A stretch of 57,731 nucleotides of DNA from Acidobacteriota bacterium (lineage in GTDB: Bacteria > Acidobacteriota > Terriglobia > Terriglobales > Acidobacteriaceae): the NCBI GenBank assembly GCA_019241535.1, contig JAFAWX010000145.1, forward strand, positions 1 to 57,731, in the 5' to 3' direction. Positions 1 to 8,342 of the stretch are shown here, in pieces. The position numbers and the translations under genes are program-made. The notes beneath the pieces were generated by a model. The model did no database searches and was not told the origin of the DNA. It saw only the letters and a list, made by a program, of their open reading frames with translations. The number at the start of each line of letters is the position of its first letter. The first letter of the stretch is position 1.

Positions 1-305
1 CACGCGACTCCGCACTGGCGATCGTGGAGACCACACCGGGGGTCAAGGAGATCATCGACAACATCAACGTGCTGCCGGTCTCGGCCATGGACGACGACAT
101 CCGCATCGGCGTCGCACGGGCAGTTTACGGCAACAGCGCGCTTTCAAAATATGCTCTGGATCCGCAGAAGCCCATCCGCATCGTGGTGGATAACGGCCAT
201 GTGACCCTGTACGGCGTGGTCGCCAGCCAGATGGACAAGCAGATCGCCGTTACCCAGGCCAGGTCCGTGCCGAAGTCTTCAGTGTTGAAGATAAGCTGGT
301 CGTAG
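1..305 (+). CDS. BON-domain (OsmY-like) protein, 3' portion; the gene begins upstream of the window
   Basis: The frame is open from nt 3, so the track's M at 24 is an internal GTG. There are two BON-like segments: TPGVKEIIDNINV and IRIVVDNGHVTLYGVVASQMDKQIAVTQARSVP. The last ~11 codons look out of frame (see finding). Confidence 0.6.
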   Translation, partial: RDSALAIVETTPGVKEIIDNINVLPVSAMDDDIRIGVARAVYGNSALSKYALDPQKPIRIVVDNGHVTLYGVVASQMDKQIAVTQARSVPKSSVLKISWS

Positions 306-383
306 CTGGTCAAGGGGTAAAGTAACTCTCGGTCTTGGGTCGGATCGAGGCCGCAAGTTCTGGCCTTGCCGTAAAATAGGGCC

Positions 384-1259
384 GTGTTGCTGCTGAAGAG
401 CCTGGGCGCCACTCTCGAGATGATCAAGTGGGAGCACTCGATCTTCGCCCTGCCTTTCGCCTTGTGCGGCGCCATGCTGGCGGCAAGAGGAGTGCCCAGC
501 GCTCATCAGCTGGTTTGGATCGTGATCGCGATGGTGACCGCGCGCTCGGCCGCCATGTCCTTTAACCGCCTGGCGGATGCCGATTTCGATCGCGCCAATC
601 CGCGTACCGCGAGCCGCGCCATTCCCGCGGGCGTGCTCACGCCCGGCTTTGTGGCAGTCTTTGTCGTATTCACCTCCGCCCTATTCCTGATCTCGGCCTG
701 GGAACTGAACCGGCTTGCATTTGTGCTTTCCCCGTTTGCTCTCGGCCTGCTGCTGGTTTACTCCTACACCAAGCGCTGGACCCGCTGGTCGCATCTGGTG
801 CTGGGTTTCGCGTTGGGCATGGCCCCGGCCGCCGCCTGGATTGCGGTACGGGCTTCGCTCGATCCCAGAATCCTGCTGCTCACGGCCGCGGTTACGTTTT
901 GGGTGGCAGGCTTCGATGTGCTTTATGCCTGCCAGGACGTTGACTTTGATCGCCACGCCGGGCTGCACTCGATTCCTCGTCACTCGGGCGTAGCCCGCTC
1001 GCTGTGGGTGGCGCGCGCATTTCACCTCATTATGATTCTCTGTCTCGCCACCCTGCTGCGCGCATTCGCCTTGGGAACCTTCGCTCTCCTGGGGGTCGCG
1101 GCCGTATTGTTGCTGCTCGTCTATGAACACTCGCTGCTGTCGGCAAAAGATTTGAGCAGATTGAACGCCGCTTTTTTTGCCATGAACGGGGTAATCGCGC
1201 TAGTCTTTTTCGTCTTCATCGCTATCGACCTGCTGCTCGGAGCAGCGCGTCTGGTCTGA
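384..1259 (+). CDS. UbiA-family aromatic prenyltransferase (MqnP/UbiA-like, probably menaquinone branch)
   Basis: Polytopic membrane protein with two Asp-rich UbiA motifs: NRLADADFD and YACQDVDFDRHAG. Sits near a futalosine-pathway radical SAM gene. Confidence 0.75.
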   Translation: MLLLKSLGATLEMIKWEHSIFALPFALCGAMLAARGVPSAHQLVWIVIAMVTARSAAMSFNRLADADFDRANPRTASRAIPAGVLTPGFVAVFVVFTSALFLISAWELNRLAFVLSPFALGLLLVYSYTKRWTRWSHLVLGFALGMAPAAAWIAVRASLDPRILLLTAAVTFWVAGFDVLYACQDVDFDRHAGLHSIPRHSGVARSLWVARAFHLIMILCLATLLRAFALGTFALLGVAAVLLLLVYEHSLLSAKDLSRLNAAFFAMNGVIALVFFVFIAIDLLLGAARLV

Positions 1260-1281
1260 TCCGTGCGCAGGTGACGGAGAA

Positions 1282-2415
1282 ATGATGCGAACAATGCTCC
1301 TCTTCAGTTTGTGTGCCTTCGCTTTCCCATTTGCTGCACCTGCGCAGCCTCCGGCCCGCCCGGTTTCACCCGAAATTTCTTCCGACAACCATGTGAGCTT
1401 CCGCTTCCCCGCGCCCAATGCGCTCAAGGTGGAGCTATCAATCGAAGGACAGCCTGTTCCGAGCGCCATGAAAAAAGACGAGCATGGAGTCTGGTCGGCC
1501 ACCATCGGCCCGCTCGCGCCCGATATCTACGGGTATTCCTTCATCGCCGATGGGGTGGCGCTTATAGACCCGGCGAATCCTCTCATGAAGCCCAACCTTC
1601 TGAATACGCAGAGCGCCGTCCACGTGCCCGGGCCGGCCACGCTGCCCTGGGAGGTTAATGATCGGCCGCGCGGGGAAATTCATCATCACTTCTACCACTC
1701 GAAAATCGCCGCTGACGATCACGATTTCTATGTCTACACCCCTCCAGGCTATACGCCCGCGGGAGGCGACGATTACCCGGTGCTTTACCTGCTGCACGGC
1801 TTCAGCGACGATGCCAGCGGCTGGACCGCGGTCGGCCGGGCGCACGTGATCCTCGACAACCTGATTGCCGCAGGAACGGCCAAACCCATGATCGTCGTCA
1901 TGCCGCTCGGCTACGGAGATCTTGACTTGGTGCGGCGCGGCTGGGGTTCGTGGCGGGACAAGGAGCTGGCCTGGCGCAATTTCAGCAATTTCCGGGCTCT
2001 TCTTCTCAGCGAAGTGCTGCCCCGGGTCGAGTCATCCTACCGGGTGAAAAAAGACCGGGGGTCGCGGGCCATAGCCGGACTTTCCATGGGAGGATCGGAA
2101 TCGCTGCTGACCGGCCTCAACCATCTGGAGCAGTTTGCCTGGGTGGGTGCCTTCAGCTCAGGCGGCCTTGATGTGCGGGAATTCGGCGCGGAGTTCCCCG
2201 GACTTGATGAGAAGGCAAACCAGAAATTACGCCTGCTCTGGATTGCCTGCGGCACCGATGACACCCTGATACGCCTGAATCGCCAGTTCAAATCCTGGCT
2301 GAAAGACAAAGGCGTTGCCTACACCGATATAGAAACCCCGGGGGCGCATACTTGGATGGTATGGCGCCGGAACCTGGCTGCACTCGCGCCCTTGTTGTTC
2401 CGCGACAAGCCGTAA
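1282..2415 (+). CDS. Secreted esterase (putative-esterase/enterochelin-esterase-like alpha/beta hydrolase with N-terminal E-set/CBM48-like domain)
   Basis: Signal peptide MMRTMLLFSLCAFAFPFAAPAQ, YLLHG motif, nucleophile elbow GLSMGG, GGAGA Shine-Dalgarno upstream. Confidence 0.7.
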   Translation: MMRTMLLFSLCAFAFPFAAPAQPPARPVSPEISSDNHVSFRFPAPNALKVELSIEGQPVPSAMKKDEHGVWSATIGPLAPDIYGYSFIADGVALIDPANPLMKPNLLNTQSAVHVPGPATLPWEVNDRPRGEIHHHFYHSKIAADDHDFYVYTPPGYTPAGGDDYPVLYLLHGFSDDASGWTAVGRAHVILDNLIAAGTAKPMIVVMPLGYGDLDLVRRGWGSWRDKELAWRNFSNFRALLLSEVLPRVESSYRVKKDRGSRAIAGLSMGGSESLLTGLNHLEQFAWVGAFSSGGLDVREFGAEFPGLDEKANQKLRLLWIACGTDDTLIRLNRQFKSWLKDKGVAYTDIETPGAHTWMVWRRNLAALAPLLFRDKP

Positions 2416-2484
2416 GCTGCTGGACCGCTCAGACGCTTCTTAATGCTCGTCAATCTATGACTCGGCTCGGGGCACTGGGTTATC

Positions 2485-3615
2485 ATGGGCTGGATGCATG
2501 GTTTTCAAAGTGACGATTCCGCGCTTTTGCCGATCCGGGACAGAGTGCTCGCGGGCAGCCGTCTCACGAGCGAGGACGCTCTCGCGCTCTATCGCACCGG
2601 GGACATTCTGGCCGTCGGCTGGCTGGCGAACTGGGTTCGCGAGCGCCTGCACGGCGATGCCACGTACTTCAACGTAAATCGCCATATCAATCCAACCAAC
2701 GTCTGCGTGGCCGCCTGCCGACTTTGCGCCTTCGGACGCAAAAAGGATGCGCCCGGCGCCTACACCATGGCGCTCGAAGAGGCCTTTGAGACCGCACGCT
2801 CGGGATACACGGAGGCGGTTACTGAGTTTCATATTGTCGGCGGCCTTCACCCGGACCTGCCGTTTCAGTATTTCCTCGACTTACTTGCCGGCCTGAAGGA
2901 GCGCTTTCCCCAGGTCCACCTGAAAGCTTTCACCATGGTGGAGGTAGCATACCTTGCCAGGCGGGCCAAGCTTTCGGTTCGCGACACTCTTGGGCAGCTG
3001 AAAGCCGCCGGCCTGGACTCTCTGCCCGGCGGAGGTGCGGAAATTTTTTCTGATCGCGTCCGCCACATCATTTGCGATCACAAGATCGATGGCGACGAGT
3101 GGCTTGAAACCGCGCGCCTGGCGCACAGCATGGGCTTGAGGTCAAACGCTACGATGCTCTACGGTCACGTGGAAAATGACGAGGACCGGGTAGACCATTT
3201 ATTGAAGTTGCGAGCCCTGCAGGATGAAACCGGGGGATTTCAGACTTTTATCCCTCTGGCCTTTCATCCCGACAACACCCAGCTCGAGCACCTGCCGAAA
3301 ACTACGGGCATGCTCGATCTGAAGCAGATCGCCGTCAGCCGCCTGGTTCTTGACAACATTCAGCACATCAAAGCCTACTGGCAGATGCTCACGTCCAAGA
3401 TCGCCCAGATCGCTCTCCGCTTCGGCGCGGACGACCTGGACGGCACCGTGATCGAAGAAAAAATCTATCATGATGCCGGTGCCACCACTCCTCAGGGCAT
3501 GCGCCGCCAGGAACTCGTTCGTCTGATTCGCGAAGCCGGCCGCTGGCCGGTAGAACGCGACACCATGTATCGCCCCGTGGTGCGTACGGAAGCCTCGGTT
3601 ACCGTAGCGGTCTGA
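2485..3615 (+). CDS. mqnE: Radical SAM enzyme of the futalosine menaquinone pathway, aminofutalosine synthase MqnE-like (MqnC not excluded)
   Basis: CxxxCxxC cluster motif in NVCVAACRLCAF, plus NVNRHINPTN, EFHIVGGLHPDLPF, GGGAEIF and NATMLYGHVE...LQDETGGFQTFIPLAFHP. Confidence 0.65.
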   Translation: MGWMHGFQSDDSALLPIRDRVLAGSRLTSEDALALYRTGDILAVGWLANWVRERLHGDATYFNVNRHINPTNVCVAACRLCAFGRKKDAPGAYTMALEEAFETARSGYTEAVTEFHIVGGLHPDLPFQYFLDLLAGLKERFPQVHLKAFTMVEVAYLARRAKLSVRDTLGQLKAAGLDSLPGGGAEIFSDRVRHIICDHKIDGDEWLETARLAHSMGLRSNATMLYGHVENDEDRVDHLLKLRALQDETGGFQTFIPLAFHPDNTQLEHLPKTTGMLDLKQIAVSRLVLDNIQHIKAYWQMLTSKIAQIALRFGADDLDGTVIEEKIYHDAGATTPQGMRRQELVRLIREAGRWPVERDTMYRPVVRTEASVTVAV

Positions 3616-3642
3616 TAGCGATGGTCAGAAACCCGCCAAGAT

Positions 3643-4605
3643 TTAGAAGAACTCAGACATATCGGGGGCGGACGAGGCGGCGCCGGGAAAATCAGAGACC
3701 CCGAGCAGTTGCATGCTGAGCCTCAGCGTGCTCTGGTGCTGATAAAGATTCGTAGACTGATGCCCGGCGAGGACTGTCGGGCCTGCCAGGATAGTGGCCA
3801 CGTGTCCCCCGCCGTTAGTAAGGTCGCTGAAAACTGATTCGTCCCAGGTATAAATCAGGACTGAACTCTGGAAAACCGGGTTGCTGATCAGGGGAGCTAG
3901 GTTGCTTTGAACCCAGTTGTCGACGTTTGCCAGTTTCTGTTGGTCGGTGCAGGAGGACGCCCCGCCGGGACAGTTATGACCGTCGTTGGTGAGATTTGGG
4001 ACGATCATCGAATAATCGGGCAGCGTGCCGTTCTGTAAGTCCAAAGCAAGCTGGGAAATAGGCACGATGTTGGCTGCCTGAGTGGAGCTCGTCAGCACAT
4101 CGGAAAAATAGACAAAGGGATTGTGCTCCCTGGCGTAGGGCACGCTGGTCGGCCCGAGATAACCAATACTAGGAAGGCTTTCCGCGTACATCTTCCACGT
4201 TTTGCCCGCGGTGGTAAGCGCGCGCACCACGTTATCCGAGGTCACCGTGCCCGCGAATGTATCGTCGAGCGCAGTGGGGACACCCACGGTCAGCATGAAA
4301 TAGTTGGGCAGGGACGGATGGGTGTTCGCGTAGTAGCCGCTCGCGAGCGCGTATTTTTGGGCCAGGCTGTTGGTGTAAGGCATCATGGGGTTGCCGATTA
4401 CACTCCCATAGGCGTGGTTCTCAGCTACCAGCACGATCACATGTGAGACCTGCGGAATGGCGCGGCTTGACGACGCTGACGAGGTCGAAGCCGTAGAAAC
4501 CGAACTCCCGCCGCCACCGCATCCACTTGCAAGGGACATGCAGGCGGCCAGCAGCAGGCCTGCCAAACACACGCGGGGTTTGCTGCTCCTGCTCCTTTTG
4601 GACAC
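3643..4605 (-). CDS. Phosphoesterase-family lipoprotein (acid phosphatase / phospholipase C-like, PF04185-type)
   Basis: Lipobox LASGC after the signal peptide; HVIVLVAENHAYGSVIG, HPSLPNYFMLTVG, NDGHN and YTWDES motifs. Confidence 0.7.
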   Translation of the reverse strand: MSKRSRSSKPRVCLAGLLLAACMSLASGCGGGGSSVSTASTSSASSSRAIPQVSHVIVLVAENHAYGSVIGNPMMPYTNSLAQKYALASGYYANTHPSLPNYFMLTVGVPTALDDTFAGTVTSDNVVRALTTAGKTWKMYAESLPSIGYLGPTSVPYAREHNPFVYFSDVLTSSTQAANIVPISQLALDLQNGTLPDYSMIVPNLTNDGHNCPGGASSCTDQQKLANVDNWVQSNLAPLISNPVFQSSVLIYTWDESVFSDLTNGGGHVATILAGPTVLAGHQSTNLYQHQSTLRLSMQLLGVSDFPGAASSAPDMSEFF

Positions 4606-4818
4606 AAAGTTTAGACTTCAACTGCCTGAACCGCAGTTGCTCTCTGGCGCTCAGAAAATCCCTGTAATTCCGTCCAAATTGTTACCAATGTGCGGTGGCA
4701 ACGAACCTTCCGACGGTTGCGGCGAGTGCTCTCGGAATCTTGTTATCCGGCACAGTGCCGGGTGTAAAATCGCGTGGTAGCAAGCTTCACGGGACCTTCT
4801 CCCGCATCCGAGGCAGGC

Positions 4819-5862
4819 ATGAACGTGCACATCAGCTACAAACTCCCGCGTACCCCCGACATCGATAAGGAAATCTTGCATTGGACGGCTAAAGTTGAAA
4901 ACCGCCTGCAGGTGTTCCGTCCTGAATTAATTCATTTGAAGGGTTTGGTGGAGCAGAACTCTGCCCGCGAAGGTACCACCGTATCGCTGAACCTGCGGCT
5001 CCCCTCGGGGCAGATGGCCGCCCAGGAGTCGGCCGCGGTGCCTACGGCAGCGCTCAAGGCAGCCTTTGACGATCTGCTCGGTCAGATCAGCCGGCATAAA
5101 GAGCTGCTGCGCAACTCTCATCGCTGGCGCGGGCGGCGCGCTCAGGAGGGCCGCCGTCCGGCGGAAGTTCCCTTTGAGCAGACCCTGGCCGCGCTTCCGT
5201 CCTCGACCGCCACGGCCGACGATATTCGCTCTTACGTGAACGCGAATTTCCGCCGTCTGCGGCTTTTCGTCGAGCGCGAGCTTTATTTTCGCGAGAGCGC
5301 CGGACAGCTTGCGCCGGACTGTCTCAGCGTCGAAGAAGTCGTAGATGAGGCGGTGGCGCGCGCCCTCGAAGAGAAGGTGGAAAAACCGGAGCGCATCGGC
5401 CTCGAGCCCTGGCTCTATCGGCTGGCGATCGCTGCCCTCGAGGATTTTACCGCCCGCTGGCCGGAGGGCGAATCGGACGTCAACCTGCAGGGCTTGAGAC
5501 GGCGGCGGAACGAGCGGGCAAGCGATGAGCCGCGCATGCAGTTCCACCAGCCCGACGAAGCCATGACCACCGAGAGCGGTATAGCCGACCGGCGGACGGC
5601 GACGCCTGAAGAAATCGCCTATACGGACGAAATTATCACCCTGGTGCAATTCGCCTTGCGTGGGGCCTCGCGCGAGGACCGCGAAGTTTTCATCCTGCAC
5701 GCGCTTGAAGGCTTCTCTCTAGAAGAAATCAGCGTTATCACCGACCGTAATCCCGACGAAGTGCGCCGCGCCATCGCCCGCGCGCGGGAAAAGCTGCGCC
5801 AGAGTCTGCGGGCGACGAACCGGTCGAATCTCAAGCTGCTCGAGGAAACCGGAACTCGTTGA
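4819..5862 (+). CDS. Fusion protein: N-terminal HPF/RaiA-like (ribosome hibernation factor) domain plus ECF-type sigma-70 regions 2 and 4
   Basis: MNVHISYKLP...VSLNLRLPSGQMAAQESAAVPTAALKAAFDDLLGQISRHKELL follows the HPF pattern. EPWLYRLAIAALED is region-2-like. REVFILHALEGFSLEEISVITDRNPDEVRRAIARAREKL is a region 4 HTH. The ATG at 4819 is preferred over the track start at 4774. Confidence 0.7.
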   Translation: MNVHISYKLPRTPDIDKEILHWTAKVENRLQVFRPELIHLKGLVEQNSAREGTTVSLNLRLPSGQMAAQESAAVPTAALKAAFDDLLGQISRHKELLRNSHRWRGRRAQEGRRPAEVPFEQTLAALPSSTATADDIRSYVNANFRRLRLFVERELYFRESAGQLAPDCLSVEEVVDEAVARALEEKVEKPERIGLEPWLYRLAIAALEDFTARWPEGESDVNLQGLRRRRNERASDEPRMQFHQPDEAMTTESGIADRRTATPEEIAYTDEIITLVQFALRGASREDREVFILHALEGFSLEEISVITDRNPDEVRRAIARAREKLRQSLRATNRSNLKLLEETGTR

Positions 5863-5877
5863 CGGTGAGGTGCATTG

Positions 5878-7050
5878 ATGATCACTCGTGAAGAGCTGCG
5901 TCAACTTGCGGATTTTGAATGCCGCCTTCCCGGCGAACTTGCCGTCACCTTCTACTTTCACCCCCCACGGCCCAAGGACAAATCCCATCGCGAAGAAGCC
6001 ATCCAGGCGAAAGAGCTGGTGCGCAAGAAACTCCAGGAACTCGATGCCGCGGCTCGCAATCGCGAGCTGGTTGCCGATCTCGAGCACATTCTGCGGCTCG
6101 CCGAAGGTTTGCACGGCAATCAGGCGCGCGCCAAGGCGGTCTTTGCCTGCCGTGGCCGCAAGCTGTGGCGGGAATTTGACCTGCCGCCGGGATTGTGGGA
6201 CACCACCCTCTCGGTCAATCGGCGCTTTCATCTGAAGCCTCTGGCTCCCATCTTTTCCCAGCATCCCCGCCTGTGGGTGGTCGTTCTCGACCGCCACCAT
6301 GCCCGCTTCCTCGATATAGATTTCGATCGTGTCGTCGAGGTCGGCGCGCTCTCAAATCCGGCTCCGCGGCACGGGCGCAGCGACGGATACGCCGGATATG
6401 ACGGCGGTCACGCCCAGCGCCACTCGGACGATGAAGTGCGGCGGCATTTCCATGCGGTTGCTGAGTTCCTCAAAAACGCCAGTGGACGGCGGCAGTTCGA
6501 AGCCCTGGTGATCGGATGCCATGACGTGAATTGGCCCGAGGTTGAAAAGCAGCTTCACCCCGACATGCAGAAAAAAATTCTCGGGCGCTTCTCCGGCGAG
6601 TTCGCCGCCTTCACCAACGAGCGAGCGGCAAGCGAGGCGGCACGGGTTCTGCGGGACTCTATCGACGAGCACCACCGCTCGCTCTTGTCGGAGACCCTCG
6701 ACCAAGCCCGCAGCAACGGACGCGGTGTGACCGGACTGCGCCGGGTGCTGCGCGCCACCGAACAGGGCGAGGTCGAGACCATCATCATGGCCCAGGAGTT
6801 TTCCGCCCGCGCCGTCGAATGCATGAACTGCCGCCACGTCGATGCCCACCTTGTCCCCTATTGCCCGGTATGCGGACGGGCGACGCGGGAGCTCGACGAT
6901 GTCTGCGAAGCTCTGGTGCCGATAACCGTGCGCAACAATATCGGGCTGGTGCTGGTTGCTCGCGACGAAGTTTTGGATCGCGTGGGGAATATTGCCGCGC
7001 TGCTGCGCTTCCGCGCCGACCAGAACAAGAACCTGCGCGCGGTCTCCTGA
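5878..7050 (+). CDS. Bacterial eRF1/Pelota-like protein (baeRF-type release-factor homologue) with CxxC...CxxC zinc ribbon
   Basis: The loop RHGRSDGYAGYDGGHAQR resembles the eRF1 HGRGGQS loop. C-terminal part reads VLRATEQGEVETIIM...CMNCRHVDAHLVPYCPVCG...NIGLVLV. GGTGAGG Shine-Dalgarno lies 7 nt before the ATG at 5878. Confidence 0.6.
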   Translation: MITREELRQLADFECRLPGELAVTFYFHPPRPKDKSHREEAIQAKELVRKKLQELDAAARNRELVADLEHILRLAEGLHGNQARAKAVFACRGRKLWREFDLPPGLWDTTLSVNRRFHLKPLAPIFSQHPRLWVVVLDRHHARFLDIDFDRVVEVGALSNPAPRHGRSDGYAGYDGGHAQRHSDDEVRRHFHAVAEFLKNASGRRQFEALVIGCHDVNWPEVEKQLHPDMQKKILGRFSGEFAAFTNERAASEAARVLRDSIDEHHRSLLSETLDQARSNGRGVTGLRRVLRATEQGEVETIIMAQEFSARAVECMNCRHVDAHLVPYCPVCGRATRELDDVCEALVPITVRNNIGLVLVARDEVLDRVGNIAALLRFRADQNKNLRAVS

Positions 7051-7116
7051 TGCCGCCGATCGAGCGGCGCCTATCTGGTTGGTGGCCGGGCCCTGATTTC
7101 CGGAGAAAATTCATCC

Positions 7117-8295
7117 ATGACCCTCTCGCGCCGTAACTTTGTCGTCTCCTCGCTGGCCGTCTCTGCCCGGTCACTCCTTCATCCGGGCATGTCCCCGCAA
7201 GCTGTTGCCGGCGGCAAGCTGCCCATCATCGTCTCTGCCGCCAACGGCTATAACTATCTCGACGAAGCGTATTCGTTCCTGTCGGGCGGCGGGGACACTC
7301 TCGATGCCGCGCTCAAAGTGGTTCAGGGCCCGGAAAATGATCCTAATGACCAAAGCGTCGGCCTCGGAGGCCACCCTAACGAAGAAGGCGTGGTTGAACT
7401 CGATGCCTGCTCGATGCATGGTCCGACGCGCACGGCGGGAGCGGTCGGCGGAGTCCGCAACATCAAAAATGTTTCCCTGTTGTCGAATGCCGTTCGCCTG
7501 CACACCGGTCATGTCATGCTTGTGGGCGAGGGCGCGGAGCGCTTCGCCGTGGCCCAGGGATTCCCCCGGGAAAATCTGCTTACGGATAAATCCCGCAAGG
7601 AATGGCTGCTGTGGAAGGCCGCGCATTCTGCATGGTGGGGCCCGGGCATCTCGAGCCCGGAGTGGCGCGCTCCGAATGCCCGTCAGGCGCACGCCGACCG
7701 CTGGGAGAGCGAAATCGGGCGCCTGAACCAGCTCGCCGCCGATATCGGGATCGTGCCCGGCTTGCGTGCCGAAGCCATCCGCAATGTGATCTTTCCGCCC
7801 ACAGGCACAATCCACTGCTCGGCGTTAAACCGCAAAGGCGAGATCTCGGGTTGCACGACGACCAGTGGTCTCGCCTGGAAGATTCCCGGCCGGCTCGGGG
7901 ACTCTCCCATAATCGGCGCCGGCTGCTACACCGATCAGGACATTGGCTCGGCCGGGGCAACCGGCAGCGGGGAAGAAAATATCAAGGTGGCGGGCGCGCA
8001 CACGATCGTTGAAAACTTGCGCCGCGGCATGCCTCCGCGCGAAGCCGGCCTTGAGGCGCTGAGACGCATTGTCCGCAACTACAACGGCGACCGCGACCGG
8101 CTGCAGTTCGTCGATATGGTGTATTACATCCTGCGCAAGGATGGAGCCTACGCCGGGGTCTCGCTCTGGGAGGGCTACGCCGACAATGGCGACAAGCCGC
8201 ATCAGATCGCCGTGCACGATGGCGAGAAGCGCCTGGAAAAAACCGTCAGCGTGTTTGCCGGGCGCTCGCACGAATGGCCCCCGATGCCCCGCTGA
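7117..8295 (+). CDS. Ntn-hydrolase of the asparaginase-2 family (glycosylasparaginase / isoaspartyl peptidase-like), Tat-type signal
   Basis: Twin-arginine SRRNFVV; PPTGTIHCSAL (nucleophile Thr region), GDSPIIGAGCYTD, GATGSGEENIK. Confidence 0.75.
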   Translation: MTLSRRNFVVSSLAVSARSLLHPGMSPQAVAGGKLPIIVSAANGYNYLDEAYSFLSGGGDTLDAALKVVQGPENDPNDQSVGLGGHPNEEGVVELDACSMHGPTRTAGAVGGVRNIKNVSLLSNAVRLHTGHVMLVGEGAERFAVAQGFPRENLLTDKSRKEWLLWKAAHSAWWGPGISSPEWRAPNARQAHADRWESEIGRLNQLAADIGIVPGLRAEAIRNVIFPPTGTIHCSALNRKGEISGCTTTSGLAWKIPGRLGDSPIIGAGCYTDQDIGSAGATGSGEENIKVAGAHTIVENLRRGMPPREAGLEALRRIVRNYNGDRDRLQFVDMVYYILRKDGAYAGVSLWEGYADNGDKPHQIAVHDGEKRLEKTVSVFAGRSHEWPPMPR

Positions 8296-8342
8296 GCCTG
8301 GCCTGGATATCGGTCGCAAAGCGCCGACGAGCAGGCGGGCCG

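Noticed and set aside
4927-6300. Minus-strand ORFs of 257 aa and 193 aa opposite the HPF::sigma and eRF1-like genes.
   Set aside because: They are antisense to genes with recognisable domain motifs. They have no motifs of their own and a biased Arg/Gly composition.
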